A stretch of 64,000 bases of DNA from Bacteroidales bacterium (GTDB lineage: Bacteria; Bacteroidota; Bacteroidia; Bacteroidales; JAGOPY01). Where the stretch lies: the NCBI GenBank assembly GCA_023229505.1, contig JALNZD010000016.1, positions 1,604 to 65,603 on the forward strand. Reading direction: 5' to 3'. Shown piece after piece: positions 38,495 through 47,705 of the stretch (positions within the stretch are counted from its first letter, which is position 1; each line of letters begins with the position of its first letter). Made by a program: the position numbers and the translations under genes. A model generated the notes under the pieces. That model had not been told where the DNA came from and ran no database searches. It saw only the letters and a list, made by a program, of their open reading frames with translations.

Positions 38495-38569
38495 TGGGTT
38501 GTACTGGATTCGAACCAGTGACCCCATGCCTGTCAAGCATGTGCTCTAAACCAACTGAGCTAACAACCC
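38495..38569 (-). tRNA. tRNA-Val (GAC)
   Basis: Cloverleaf read by eye: acceptor GGGTTGT/ACAACCC, anticodon loop TTGACAG and T-loop GGTTCGAATCC. Confidence 0.9.
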
Positions 38570-38735
38570 TGCAATCATGGACGATTTTACACGGACGATG
38601 GACGATTTAATCAGTCCTGGTCGACAAACGGCCATTTTGGGTTTGCAAAATTAATATTATTTTATTCCGATTTCTATATCTTTGCCGCAAAATTTAACTC
38701 CTCCCTACTCGGGAATCACTTTAAAGTTCTTTTTG

Positions 38736-38844
38736 TTTCTCGCAGATTTACGCTGAAAAAAAACGCAGATTAACGCAGATAATTGGATTTGTGTTAATAA
38801 TATCTGCGCGATTTGTGGATAAATCTGCGCAAATCTGCGAGAAA
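38736..38844. repeat. palindromic array: 3x CGCAGAT then 3x ATCTGCG
   Basis: The outer 14-bp arms TTTCTCGCAGATTT / AAATCTGCGAGAAA are perfect. Inner copies lie at 38764, 38774, 38802 and 38823. Confidence 0.85.
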
Positions 38845-38904
38845 AATTTATTTTATAACTTTTTAGTCAATCCTGCCGGGGGATGAGTGTATAAACATCA
38901 ACTT

Positions 38905-41085
38905 ATGAAAAAATTATTCTTACTTCTGATCACATCATTCCTGCTAACCCCAGGATTTATCTTCTCACAGAGTAAAGAGATAACCCTGAAAGATATCTTC
39001 GGCAGCCGGCAATTCTATCCCAAAGGTGTTTATGGGCTTCACCCGATGAAAGACGGCAATACTTACAGCCTTCAGAAAAGTGACTCCATAAAAGTCTATA
39101 GTTATGAAAAAGGAGATTACGTGAATACACTTGCTATTGGCAAAGAGATGATCCCCGAAGGCGATACCACTCCCCTCAAGCTTTCTGATTACACTTTCAG
39201 CCAGGATGAGAAAAAATTGCTCATAGCAACCGTTACGGATTATATTTACCGTTACTCTTCTTCTTCTGAATTTTATATCTGGGATATTATCCAAAAGAAA
39301 CTCAACCGCCTTTCTCATGGTGGAAAACAGCGCCTGGCTGAATTCTCACCGGAGGCCTCCAAAATTGCGTTTGTTCGTGATAATAACCTTATTGTCAGCG
39401 ACCTGGTTAATAATATTGAAATGCAGGTGACCCACGATGGAAAGCAAAACGAGATCATAAATGGTACGACCGACTGGGTGTATGAAGAGGAATTCAACAT
39501 CACCAAAGGCTTCGAATGGTCACCGGATGGAAAAAAAATTGCCTTCTACCGCTTCGATGAAAGCAAGGTCCCGGAGTTTTCCATGACCGAATGGGGTGAG
39601 TTATACCCAACACAGACAAAATTCAAATATCCTAAAGCAGGAGAGGTTAACTCCCTGGTAATAGTCCAGGTATATGATGTGGCAACGCAGCAGATTATCC
39701 AGGTTGACCTGGGCCCGGAAACCGACCAGTACATCCCACGTATCATCTGGACAAAAGATCCCGGCAAACTGATCGTCCTTAGGCTCAACCGCCTGCAAAA
39801 CCAGCTCGACATCCTGCTTGCAGATGCCTCCACCGGCAAATCCGAGCTCGTCTACCGCGAAGAAAACCAATACTATATCGAGGAAAGTAATTACGATCAT
39901 TTTATCTTTATTGATAACAACCGGTACCTCATGACCAGCGAGCGGTCAGGCTATTATCACATCTATCTGAATACCCTCGACCGGTCAACTAGATTTTTTC
40001 AGCTTACTTCAGGGAACTGGGATGTGACGGACATATTTGGTTATGATGAAGCAAACGGGCTGGTCTGGTTTGATGCAGCCTCTTCTTCCCCTATCAACCG
40101 CGAGTTATGGACTGTCGACCTGAAAGGGAACATGAAACAAGTGTCAAAAGAGGAAGGTACCCATCGGCCACAATTCAGCAGCAATTTTAAATATTATGTC
40201 GATAATTTCTCCGATGCCAATACGCCCGCGGTTTACACTGTCAATAAACCCAACGGAAAAGTGATACGCACCATCGAAGATAACCAGGCTCTCCGGAAAA
40301 CCATAGAGGATTACAACTTCAGCAAAAAGGAGTTCTTTACCTTCACTACTACTGAAGGTGTTGAGTTGCATGGATGGAAAATTCTTCCTCCCGACTTCGA
40401 TCCGGATAAAAAATACCCTGTATTAATGGACGTATATGGCGGACCAGGCTATCAGACCGTCACTAATTTTTACAGTCCCGGCGATTTCACCTGGTATCAG
40501 ATGCTGGCACAGAAAGGATACATCATCGCTTCAGTGGATAACAGGGGAACGGGAGCTCGCGGCCAGGAATTCAAAAAGATGACCTACCTGCAACTGGGCA
40601 AATACGAGACTATCGACCAGATCGAAGCAGCCAGGTATTTCGCCTCACAATCTTATGTTGACACCGCCAGGATCGGCATCTGGGGCTGGAGCTACGGCGG
40701 TTTTTTGTCGACACTCTGCATCACAAAAGGGGCAGATGTTTTCAGCATGGCTATGGCGGTGGCACCCGTTACTAACTGGCGCTATTATGATAATATCTAT
40801 ACCGAGCGCTTCATGCGTAAACCGCAGGATAATGCCAGCGGATACGATGACAACTCCCCTATCAACCACGTCGATAAACTCAAAGGCAAGTACCTCGTGA
40901 TCCATGGAACAGGCGATGATAACGTGCATGTCCAGAACACAATGGACCTTATCTCTGCCCTGAACAAAGCCAACAAGCAATACAGCATGTTCCTGTATCC
41001 GAATAAGAATCATGGGATTTATGGAGGAAATACAAGGATGCATCTTTATACTTTAATGACAAATTTTATCCTGGAAAACCTGTAA
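38905..41085 (+). CDS. dipeptidyl-peptidase IV (S9B family)
   Basis: Signal peptide, beta-propeller region, catalytic GWSYGG, and later GTGDDNVH. The start was set at the ATG (MKKLF). Confidence 0.9.
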   Translation: MKKLFLLLITSFLLTPGFIFSQSKEITLKDIFGSRQFYPKGVYGLHPMKDGNTYSLQKSDSIKVYSYEKGDYVNTLAIGKEMIPEGDTTPLKLSDYTFSQDEKKLLIATVTDYIYRYSSSSEFYIWDIIQKKLNRLSHGGKQRLAEFSPEASKIAFVRDNNLIVSDLVNNIEMQVTHDGKQNEIINGTTDWVYEEEFNITKGFEWSPDGKKIAFYRFDESKVPEFSMTEWGELYPTQTKFKYPKAGEVNSLVIVQVYDVATQQIIQVDLGPETDQYIPRIIWTKDPGKLIVLRLNRLQNQLDILLADASTGKSELVYREENQYYIEESNYDHFIFIDNNRYLMTSERSGYYHIYLNTLDRSTRFFQLTSGNWDVTDIFGYDEANGLVWFDAASSSPINRELWTVDLKGNMKQVSKEEGTHRPQFSSNFKYYVDNFSDANTPAVYTVNKPNGKVIRTIEDNQALRKTIEDYNFSKKEFFTFTTTEGVELHGWKILPPDFDPDKKYPVLMDVYGGPGYQTVTNFYSPGDFTWYQMLAQKGYIIASVDNRGTGARGQEFKKMTYLQLGKYETIDQIEAARYFASQSYVDTARIGIWGWSYGGFLSTLCITKGADVFSMAMAVAPVTNWRYYDNIYTERFMRKPQDNASGYDDNSPINHVDKLKGKYLVIHGTGDDNVHVQNTMDLISALNKANKQYSMFLYPNKNHGIYGGNTRMHLYTLMTNFILENL

Positions 41086-41093
41086 ACTGAAAA

Positions 41094-41127
41094 TAATTAA
41101 AAATTAAAAATTAAAAATTAAAAATTA
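41094..41127. repeat. microsatellite (AAAATT/AAAAATT)x5
   Basis: aattaaaaattaaaaattaaaaattaaaaatta. Confidence 0.9.
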
Positions 41128-41190
41128 TTGCTAATTTTGCACTCCTAAATTTTATTAGTAATAACCTTTTAAAGAAAGCGGGAAAATCGT

Positions 41191-41385
41191 ATGATTATCG
41201 TTCCGGTAAAAGAAGGCGAAAGCATTGACAGGGCCTTGAAAAAATACAAGAGAAAATTTGAGAAAACTGGCGTTATAAAAGAATTACGCGATCGCCAACA
41301 ATTCACCAAACCCTCCATTATTAAGCGCAAACAACGGTTGAAAGCTATTTACATCCAACAATTAAGAGAAGCACTGGATCAATAA
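41191..41385 (+). CDS. rpsU: 30S ribosomal protein S21
   Basis: ESIDRALKKYKRKFEKTGVIKELRDRQQFTKPS. Confidence 0.95.
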   Translation: MIIVPVKEGESIDRALKKYKRKFEKTGVIKELRDRQQFTKPSIIKRKQRLKAIYIQQLREALDQ

Positions 41386-41481
41386 TTTTCATTTTTTTTG
41401 ATATTTTTCTTAAGAAGAAATTTTATTTCAGATATTTTATTATTATATTTGGATTAAAGTTTCTTCTTATTTTTTTGGTGG

Positions 41482-42369
41482 ATGACGAAGGATCGGTTTC
41501 TTGACTATATAACTTACGAAAAGCGCTATTCTCAACACACTATTGTTGCTTACCAGACTGACCTGGAGCAGTTTTTCACTTTTCTGACCAACCAGTATAA
41601 TATTTCTGACATTAATAATGTAAACCACCAGATCATCCGGTCGTGGGTCGTCAGCCTGATGGAAAGTGGCAATACAGCCAGAACCGTCAACCGGAAAATA
41701 ACCACCTTAAAATCTTACTTCAAATTTCTTGTCAAAGAAGAATCAATACAGGAAAACCCCATGAACCGGGTGGTTGCTCCGAAGACTTCCCAAAGGCTGC
41801 CGGTTTTCGTGGAGCAGGAAAGCATGAACATACTTTTTGAAGAAGTTGATTTTGGCGAAGGTTACCCAGCCATCCGTGACCGGTTGATCATGGAACTGTT
41901 TTACGCAACCGGGATGCGGTTATCTGAACTGATCAACCTGAAAGATGCAGACATTGACCTGTATAAAAATGTACTTAAAGTTACGGGCAAGCGCAATAAA
42001 CAGCGGATAATCCCGTTCTCTGCTAATCTGGTCAATATGCTCCGTGAATACCTTGAAATGAAGAGAAAGACATTCCCGGTGAACGAGCAGGACACTCACC
42101 TTTTCCTGACAAATAAAGGTGAAAAGCTCTACCCCAAAATGGTTTATCGCATGGTGCACCATTACCTCAACCTGGTTACCACAATCAGCAAGCGCAGTCC
42201 GCATGTGATCCGTCATACTTTTGCCACGCACATGCTGAATAACGGTGCCGACCTCAATGCCATCAAAGAAATCCTGGGTCATGCCAACCTTGCGGCAACC
42301 CAGGTCTATACCCATAATACGATTGAAAAGCTTAAATCAATATATAAACAGGCCCATCCCAGGGCTTAA
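41482..42369 (+). CDS. xerC: tyrosine recombinase XerC/XerD-type
   Basis: N-terminal SAM-like domain, and catalytic RLSEL...HVIRHTFATH...LGHANLAATQVYTH. It lies in the conserved rpsU-xer-hpf context. Confidence 0.85.
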   Translation: MTKDRFLDYITYEKRYSQHTIVAYQTDLEQFFTFLTNQYNISDINNVNHQIIRSWVVSLMESGNTARTVNRKITTLKSYFKFLVKEESIQENPMNRVVAPKTSQRLPVFVEQESMNILFEEVDFGEGYPAIRDRLIMELFYATGMRLSELINLKDADIDLYKNVLKVTGKRNKQRIIPFSANLVNMLREYLEMKRKTFPVNEQDTHLFLTNKGEKLYPKMVYRMVHHYLNLVTTISKRSPHVIRHTFATHMLNNGADLNAIKEILGHANLAATQVYTHNTIEKLKSIYKQAHPRA

Positions 42370-42391
42370 CCTAAATATGGAGGATTTACTT

Positions 42392-42694
42392 ATGAGATTA
42401 AACATCAATGCTGTTCATTTCAAGGCTGACAAGAAACTTATCGCCTTTATCAAGGAGAAGATGGAAAAGATCACCCAGGTATTCGAAGGGGTAATCGACA
42501 CAGAGGTATCGCTTAAAGTCGAAAATTCGGATATGCGGGAGAATAAGATTACGGAGATCCTGGTAACTATACCAGGGAATAATTTCTATGTTAAAAAACA
42601 AAGTGCAACATTCGAAGAGTCTGCAGATGAAGCTGTTGAAGCGCTGAGACGGCAGTTAAAGAAATATAAGGAAAAGGTAAGGGGTAATCACTAA
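42392..42694 (+). CDS. hpf: ribosome hibernation factor HPF/RaiA (short form)
   Basis: MRLNINAVHFKADKKLIAFIKEKMEKI...EESADEAVEALRRQLKKYKEK. The start was set at the second ATG. Confidence 0.85.
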   Translation: MRLNINAVHFKADKKLIAFIKEKMEKITQVFEGVIDTEVSLKVENSDMRENKITEILVTIPGNNFYVKKQSATFEESADEAVEALRRQLKKYKEKVRGNH

Positions 42695-42753
42695 ATATAT
42701 TTATCATGATTTAGAAACTTTCTTTTGTTAATTCAACAATAATGTCTATTTTT

Positions 42754-42784
42754 GCAGACCTTTTTCGAAAGGTCTGCTTTTTTA
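42754..42784 (+). terminator. Rho-independent terminator after hpf
   Basis: GCAGACC-TTTTTCGAAA-GGTCTGC followed by TTTTTT. Confidence 0.8.
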
Positions 42785-42799
42785 TGTTCTTTGCATAAT

Positions 42800-42873
42800 G
42801 CCGATGTAGCTCAGCTGGCCAGAGCAGCTGATTTGTAATCAGCCGGTCGGCGGTTCGAATCCGTCCATCGGCT
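42800..42873 (+). tRNA. tRNA-Thr (TGT)
   Basis: Acceptor GCCGATG/CATCGGC and anticodon loop TTTGTAA. Confidence 0.9.
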
Positions 42874-42903
42874 CAAATTGAGAACAAATCAGAGCACTTT
42901 AAT

Positions 42904-42988
42904 GGGGAGATTCCAGAGCGGTCAAATGGGGCAGACTGTAAATCTGTTGGCTACGCCTTCGGAGGTTCGAATCCTCCTCTCCCCACCA
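42904..42988 (+). tRNA. tRNA-Tyr (GTA), long variable arm, CCA encoded
   Basis: Acceptor GGGGAGA/TCTCCCC and anticodon loop CTGTAAA. Confidence 0.9.
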
Positions 42989-42992
42989 CCTC

Positions 42993-43065
42993 GCGGAAGT
43001 AGCTCATTTGGTAGAGCGACAGCCTTCCAAGCTGTAGGTAGCGGGTTCGAGACCCGTCTTCCGCT
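42993..43065 (+). tRNA. tRNA-Gly (TCC)
   Basis: Acceptor GCGGAAG/CTTCCGC and anticodon loop CTTCCAA. Confidence 0.9.
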
Positions 43066-43070
43066 CCCAG

Positions 43071-43142
43071 GCCTTTGTAGCTCAGGGGTAGAGCACTTCC
43101 TTGGTAAGGAAGGGGTCATGAGTTCAATTCTCATCAAAGGCT
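43071..43142 (+). tRNA. tRNA-Thr (GGT)
   Basis: Acceptor GCCTTTG/CAAAGGC and anticodon loop TTGGTAA. Confidence 0.9.
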
Positions 43143-43196
43143 CTTAAATAATTTATAGTAAATAAATAACTTTTTAATTTTTAAATATTATTCGAT

Positions 43197-44384
43197 ATGG
43201 CTAAAGAAACCTTTCAACGTACTAAACCGCACGTGAATATCGGCACGATTGGTCACGTTGACCATGGAAAGACCACCCTTACTGCAGCCATCACCCTGAA
43301 CTTGCAGGATAAAGGTCTTGCCACTTTTAAATCGTTCGATGAAATTGATAATGCCCCTGAAGAAAAAGCCAGAGGTATAACGATCAACACGGCTCACATA
43401 GAATACGAAACTGTTAACCGTCATTACGCTCACGTTGACTGTCCGGGCCACGCCGACTATGTTAAGAACATGGTTACCGGTGCTGCCCAGATGGATGGCG
43501 CTATCCTTGTGGTGGCTGCTACTGATGGTCCAATGCCCCAGACGCGTGAGCATATTCTTCTCGCACGCCAGGTAGGTGTTCCCAAGATCGTTGTATTCAT
43601 GAGCAAGGTGGATATGGTTGATGACGAAGAACTTATCGACCTGGTAGATATGGAAATCCGTGAACTTCTCACCTTCTACGGGTTTGATGGCGATAATACG
43701 CCTGTGATCCGCGGATCAGCCCTGGGTGCTTTGAATAAAGAGCCTAAATGGATTGAAAAGATCTGGGAACTGATGGAAGCATGTGACACATGGATCCCGC
43801 TGCCAAAGCGTGATATTGACAAGCCTTTCCTGATGCCTGTTGAAGACGTGTTCTCCATCACGGGCCGCGGCACCGTCGCTACCGGAAGGATTGAACAAGG
43901 TGTTATTAAAGTCGGTGAAGCAGTAGAAATTATCGGTCTCGGCGCTGAAAAACTAAAATCAGTCGTTACCGGTGTCGAAATGTTCCGCAAAATCCTTGAC
44001 CGCGGTGAAGCCGGTGACAATGCCGGTCTGCTGCTCAGAGGTATTGACAAGGATTCAGTTCGTCGTGGCCAGGTTATTGCTGCCCCGGGTTCCATTACTC
44101 CTCATACCCACTTTAAAGCTCAGGTGTATATCCTGAAAAAAGAAGAAGGTGGACGTCATACGCCGTTCCACGATAAATATCGTCCTCAGTTCTACTTCAG
44201 GACTACAGACGTTACAGGTGAGATCCAACTGCCGGAGGGTGTTGAAATGATCATGCCAGGCGATAACCTTGCCATCACCGTGAAACTGATTCACGAAGTG
44301 GCTATGGATAAAGGTTTACGCTTTGCCATCCGTGAAGGTGGAAGGACAGTTGGCGCAGGACAGGTAATTGAAATAATTGCATAA
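43197..44384 (+). CDS. tuf: elongation factor Tu
   Basis: [15 protein letters not shown] and NKVD-equivalent (SKVD) motifs. The protein is 395 aa. Confidence 0.98.
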   Translation: MAKETFQRTKPHVNIGTIGHVDHGKTTLTAAITLNLQDKGLATFKSFDEIDNAPEEKARGITINTAHIEYETVNRHYAHVDCPGHADYVKNMVTGAAQMDGAILVVAATDGPMPQTREHILLARQVGVPKIVVFMSKVDMVDDEELIDLVDMEIRELLTFYGFDGDNTPVIRGSALGALNKEPKWIEKIWELMEACDTWIPLPKRDIDKPFLMPVEDVFSITGRGTVATGRIEQGVIKVGEAVEIIGLGAEKLKSVVTGVEMFRKILDRGEAGDNAGLLLRGIDKDSVRRGQVIAAPGSITPHTHFKAQVYILKKEEGGRHTPFHDKYRPQFYFRTTDVTGEIQLPEGVEMIMPGDNLAITVKLIHEVAMDKGLRFAIREGGRTVGAGQVIEIIA

Positions 44385-44445
44385 TTGGTAGGTTAATTTC
44401 CCGGCCATGCGAATATTTGACCGGGATCGAACCTGCTTTGAGCTT

Positions 44446-44518
44446 ACGGGTGTAGCTCAATTGGCAGAGTAGTGGTCTCCAAAACCATTGGTTGTAGGTT
44501 CGAGTCCTACCACCCGTG
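44446..44518 (+). tRNA. tRNA-Trp (CCA)
   Basis: Acceptor ACGGGTG/CACCCGT and anticodon loop CTCCAAA. Confidence 0.9.
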
Positions 44519-44535
44519 CAAAACGCATAAGTTAA

Positions 44536-44730
44536 ATGGCAAATAAAATCCAGGCGTACCTTAAAGAAAGTTACGACGAACTTAAACACAAAACCTCCTG
44601 GCCTACATGGAGTGAGCTGCAAAGTAGTGCTATTGTGGTATCTGTTGCTTCCCTGATAATCGCTTTAGTCGTTTATTTGATGGATATCTCATTGAGAACA
44701 TTATTGACCCAGTTTTATAAACTGTTTTAA
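44536..44730 (+). CDS. secE: preprotein translocase subunit SecE
   Basis: 64 aa, with KTSWPTW and one TM helix. Its position between tRNA-Trp and nusG fits. Confidence 0.9.
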   Translation: MANKIQAYLKESYDELKHKTSWPTWSELQSSAIVVSVASLIIALVVYLMDISLRTLLTQFYKLF

Positions 44731-44797
44731 TAATGATAGTACTACTGAATTTTAATTTAACCTGAATAATTTAATTTTTTCATCCTAAGGGATAAGT

Positions 44798-45340
44798 ATG
44801 GGCGAACAGGTCAAAAAGTGGTATGTAGTACGGGCAGTAAGCGGTAAGGAAAAAAAGGTGAAAGAGTATATCGAGAGCGAGATCAACCGCCTTGGATTAC
44901 AGGATTTCCTTTCGCAGGTGCTCATCCCTACTGAAAAAGTTTACCAGGTAAGGAAAGGAAAGAAAATCAGCAAAGAAAGGAATTATTTTCCCGGATATGT
45001 GCTGATCGAAGCTGCCCTGGTGGGCGAATTAACGCACATCATCCGGAATATCCCTAATGTTCTGGGATTTCTGGGGACAGGCAATGAGCCGAGCCCAATG
45101 CGCGCCAGCGAAGTCAAACGTATCCTCGGAAAAGTGGATGAGTTGGCCGAGCAGAGCGAAGGCATCAATGTTCCTTTCATCGTGGGTGAAACCGTTAAGG
45201 TGGTCGATGGCCCTTTCAACAGTTTTTCCGGTGTGATCGAAGAGATCAACGAGGAAAAAAAGAAACTGAAGGTAATGGTCAAGATCTTCGGACGGAAAAC
45301 CCCGCTGGAACTGACTTTCATGCAGGTGGAAAAAGAATGA
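44798..45340 (+). CDS. nusG: transcription termination/antitermination factor NusG
   Basis: [18 protein letters not shown] domain and C-terminal KOW domain. Confidence 0.95.
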   Translation: MGEQVKKWYVVRAVSGKEKKVKEYIESEINRLGLQDFLSQVLIPTEKVYQVRKGKKISKERNYFPGYVLIEAALVGELTHIIRNIPNVLGFLGTGNEPSPMRASEVKRILGKVDELAEQSEGINVPFIVGETVKVVDGPFNSFSGVIEEINEEKKKLKVMVKIFGRKTPLELTFMQVEKE

Positions 45341-45385
45341 CACAGGTTATCCTTTAATTAATTAACATTTCAATCTTTTAATAGC

Positions 45386-45832
45386 ATGGCAAAAGAAGTT
45401 GCTGGAATGATCAAACTGCAAATCAAAGGGGCAGCTGCTAACCCTTCTCCCCCGGTTGGTCCTGCACTTGGTTCAAAAGGCGTGAACATCATGGAGTTTT
45501 GTAAACAGTTCAACGCCCGTACCCAGGATCAGCCCGGGAAATTACTCCCGGTGATTATCACGGTGTACAGGGATAAGAGCTTTGATTTCGTGATCAAACA
45601 CCCCCCTGTTGCAGTGCAGTTGATGGAAATGGCCAAAGTCACCAAAGGATCAGCCGAATCAAACCGCACAAAGATTGGATCGGTAACCTGGGACCAGGTC
45701 AAGATAATTGCCGAAGATAAAATGGTGGACTTGAATTGTTTTACGATCGAATCAGCTATGACGATGGTTGCTGGCACTGCCAGAAGCATGGGCCTCACCA
45801 TTAAAGGCGATTCACCGGTCTCTGAGCAATAA
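45386..45832 (+). CDS. rplK: 50S ribosomal protein L11
   Basis: [22 protein letters not shown]. Confidence 0.97.
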   Translation: MAKEVAGMIKLQIKGAAANPSPPVGPALGSKGVNIMEFCKQFNARTQDQPGKLLPVIITVYRDKSFDFVIKHPPVAVQLMEMAKVTKGSAESNRTKIGSVTWDQVKIIAEDKMVDLNCFTIESAMTMVAGTARSMGLTIKGDSPVSEQ

Positions 45833-45878
45833 ACGGGTATATCATTATTCGTGAATTTAACATTAACGAAGTAAAACA

Positions 45879-46577
45879 ATGGCTAAACTAACCAAAAAAC
45901 AAAAGGAATCCCTGACGAAGTTTGATAAGGCGAAATCCTACGGGCTAAATGAAGCAGTAGAGGTTGTGAAAGGGATTACTTATACAAGCTTTGATGCTTC
46001 CGTTGACCTCGATGTCCGGTTGGGCGTTGATCCTCGAAAGGCTAACCAGATGGTTCGCGGTATCGTTACCCTGCCCCATGGCACCGGTAAAACGGTTCGC
46101 GTTCTGGCTCTCGTTACGCCCGACAAGGAAGAGGAAGCCATAGCAGCTGGTGCTGATTTTGTCGGACTTGAGGATTACATTGATAAAATCAAGCAAGGTT
46201 GGACCGACATTGATGTCGTGATAACAATGCCTCAGGTAATGCCTAAAATAGGCCCCCTTGGAAAGATCCTCGGCCCCCGCGGTCTCATGCCTAATCCTAA
46301 AACAGGTACGGTAACAATCGACGTGGCCAAGGCAATCAAGGAAGTGAAAGCAGGTAAAATCGACTTTAAAGTCGATAAATATGGCATCATCCATGCCTCT
46401 ATCGGAAAAGTGTCCTTCGAAAATGAACAACTCGTGGATAACGCGAGAGAATTACTGCAGACGATTCTTAAACTGAAACCGACTGCAGCCAAAGGAACCT
46501 ATATGAAGAGCGTGTATATGTCAAGTACGATGAGCCCGGGAATTCAAATCGAGCCCAAATCCTTAACAACAGTGTAA
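45879..46577 (+). CDS. rplA: 50S ribosomal protein L1
   Basis: [24 protein letters not shown]. Confidence 0.97.
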   Translation: MAKLTKKQKESLTKFDKAKSYGLNEAVEVVKGITYTSFDASVDLDVRLGVDPRKANQMVRGIVTLPHGTGKTVRVLALVTPDKEEEAIAAGADFVGLEDYIDKIKQGWTDIDVVITMPQVMPKIGPLGKILGPRGLMPNPKTGTVTIDVAKAIKEVKAGKIDFKVDKYGIIHASIGKVSFENEQLVDNARELLQTILKLKPTAAKGTYMKSVYMSSTMSPGIQIEPKSLTTV

Positions 46578-46603
46578 TAACCAAAATTAAGCAAGACAGA
46601 GTC

Positions 46604-47125
46604 ATGACAAGAGAAGAAAAAGATCAAATGATCGACTCATTGGCGGAAACACTGAAGAGTAGTAATACAGTCTATCTCACAGATATTTCAAAACTGAATT
46701 CAAGCAACTCCACCAGGTTGCGCTCGCTTTGCTTTAAAAGAAATGTGACGCTACAGGTGGTGAAGAATACTTTGCTTAAGAAAGCTATGGAAAAGTCTGA
46801 AAAAAACTTTGAAGGTCTTTTCGGAATTTTACATGGTCCTACATCCTTGATGATATCTGATTCGGGCAATGTCCCGGCAAAACTAATCAAAGAGTTCAGA
46901 AAGACCTCTGACAAACCCATTCTGAAAGGTGCTTATGTGCAAGAGATGGTGTTTGTTGGTGATGATCAGCTGGATTTATTGATGGCGCTCAAATCGAAAA
47001 ATGAACTGATCGCCGATGTCTTGGCATTACTTCAGTCACCCGTTAAAAATGTTATTTCCGGCCTGCAATCAGGCGGCCATAAGCTTTCAGGTATCCTGAA
47101 AACTTTATCGGAAAAGGAAGCATAA
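46604..47125 (+). CDS. rplJ: 50S ribosomal protein L10
   Basis: Supported by position and by sequence (LRSLCFKRNVTLQVVKNTL). Confidence 0.93.
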   Translation: MTREEKDQMIDSLAETLKSSNTVYLTDISKLNSSNSTRLRSLCFKRNVTLQVVKNTLLKKAMEKSEKNFEGLFGILHGPTSLMISDSGNVPAKLIKEFRKTSDKPILKGAYVQEMVFVGDDQLDLLMALKSKNELIADVLALLQSPVKNVISGLQSGGHKLSGILKTLSEKEA

Positions 47126-47178
47126 CAAAACAGAATTATTTAAAATTAAAATTGTAAACGTTTAAAAAATAATAAAAA

Positions 47179-47562
47179 ATGGCAGATTTAAAAGCTTTCG
47201 CAGAAAAGTTGGTAAACTTAACCGTAAAAGAAGTCAACGATTTAGCACAGATCCTCAAAGAAGAATATGGAATTGAACCGGCCGCAGCAGCCGCAGTGAT
47301 TGCAGCACCGGGAGCAGCAACGGGCGGCGAAGCCGTTGTCGCTGAAGAAAAGACCACCTTCGATGTGATCCTGAAACATGCAGGACAAGCCAAGCTTGGC
47401 GTTGTTAAACTCGTGAAGGAATTGACCAGCCTTGGTCTCAAGGAATCCAAAGAACTTGTTGATGCAGCTCCCAAGGCCATCAAAGAAGGAGTCTCCAGGG
47501 ATGAGGCTGAAGCACTGAAGAAACAGCTTGAAGAAGCTGGCGCAGAAGTTGAAGTTAAGTAG
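47179..47562 (+). CDS. rplL: 50S ribosomal protein L7/L12
   Basis: Ala-rich hinge, and [41 protein letters not shown]. Confidence 0.97.
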   Translation: MADLKAFAEKLVNLTVKEVNDLAQILKEEYGIEPAAAAAVIAAPGAATGGEAVVAEEKTTFDVILKHAGQAKLGVVKLVKELTSLGLKESKELVDAAPKAIKEGVSRDEAEALKKQLEEAGAEVEVK

Positions 47563-47605
47563 ATCTGATGAACAGGCTAAAAATATTTAGCCGTTCTATT
47601 ATCGG

Positions 47606-47633
47606 GCCTGGTTCCGCTTTTGGCGGATCAGGC
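47606..47633 (+). promoter_or_regulatory. rplL-rpoB intergenic hairpin (possible attenuator)
   Basis: GCCTGGTTCCGC-TTTTG-GCGGATCAGGC, with no clean T-tail. It sits at the position of the known partial terminator in other bacteria. Confidence 0.35.
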
Positions 47634-47705
47634 TCGTCCCCTTTAACATCATCTATCAATTCTTAATGTGCTAAACCGCCCCAACTGGGCATAAAACATA
47701 AAACC

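Noticed and set aside
41482-42369. Tyrosine recombinase next to a tRNA cluster as a marker of an integrated element
   Set aside because: The rpsU-xer-hpf-tRNA-tuf order is a conserved housekeeping arrangement in Bacteroidota. No flanking direct repeats of a tRNA 3' end are present, and the neighbouring genes are core genes.
42878-43147. ORFs of 89 and 71 aa spanning the tRNA-Tyr/Gly/Thr cluster, and 44302..44622 over tRNA-Trp
   Set aside because: They are read-through of tRNA genes, whose cloverleaves are clear.
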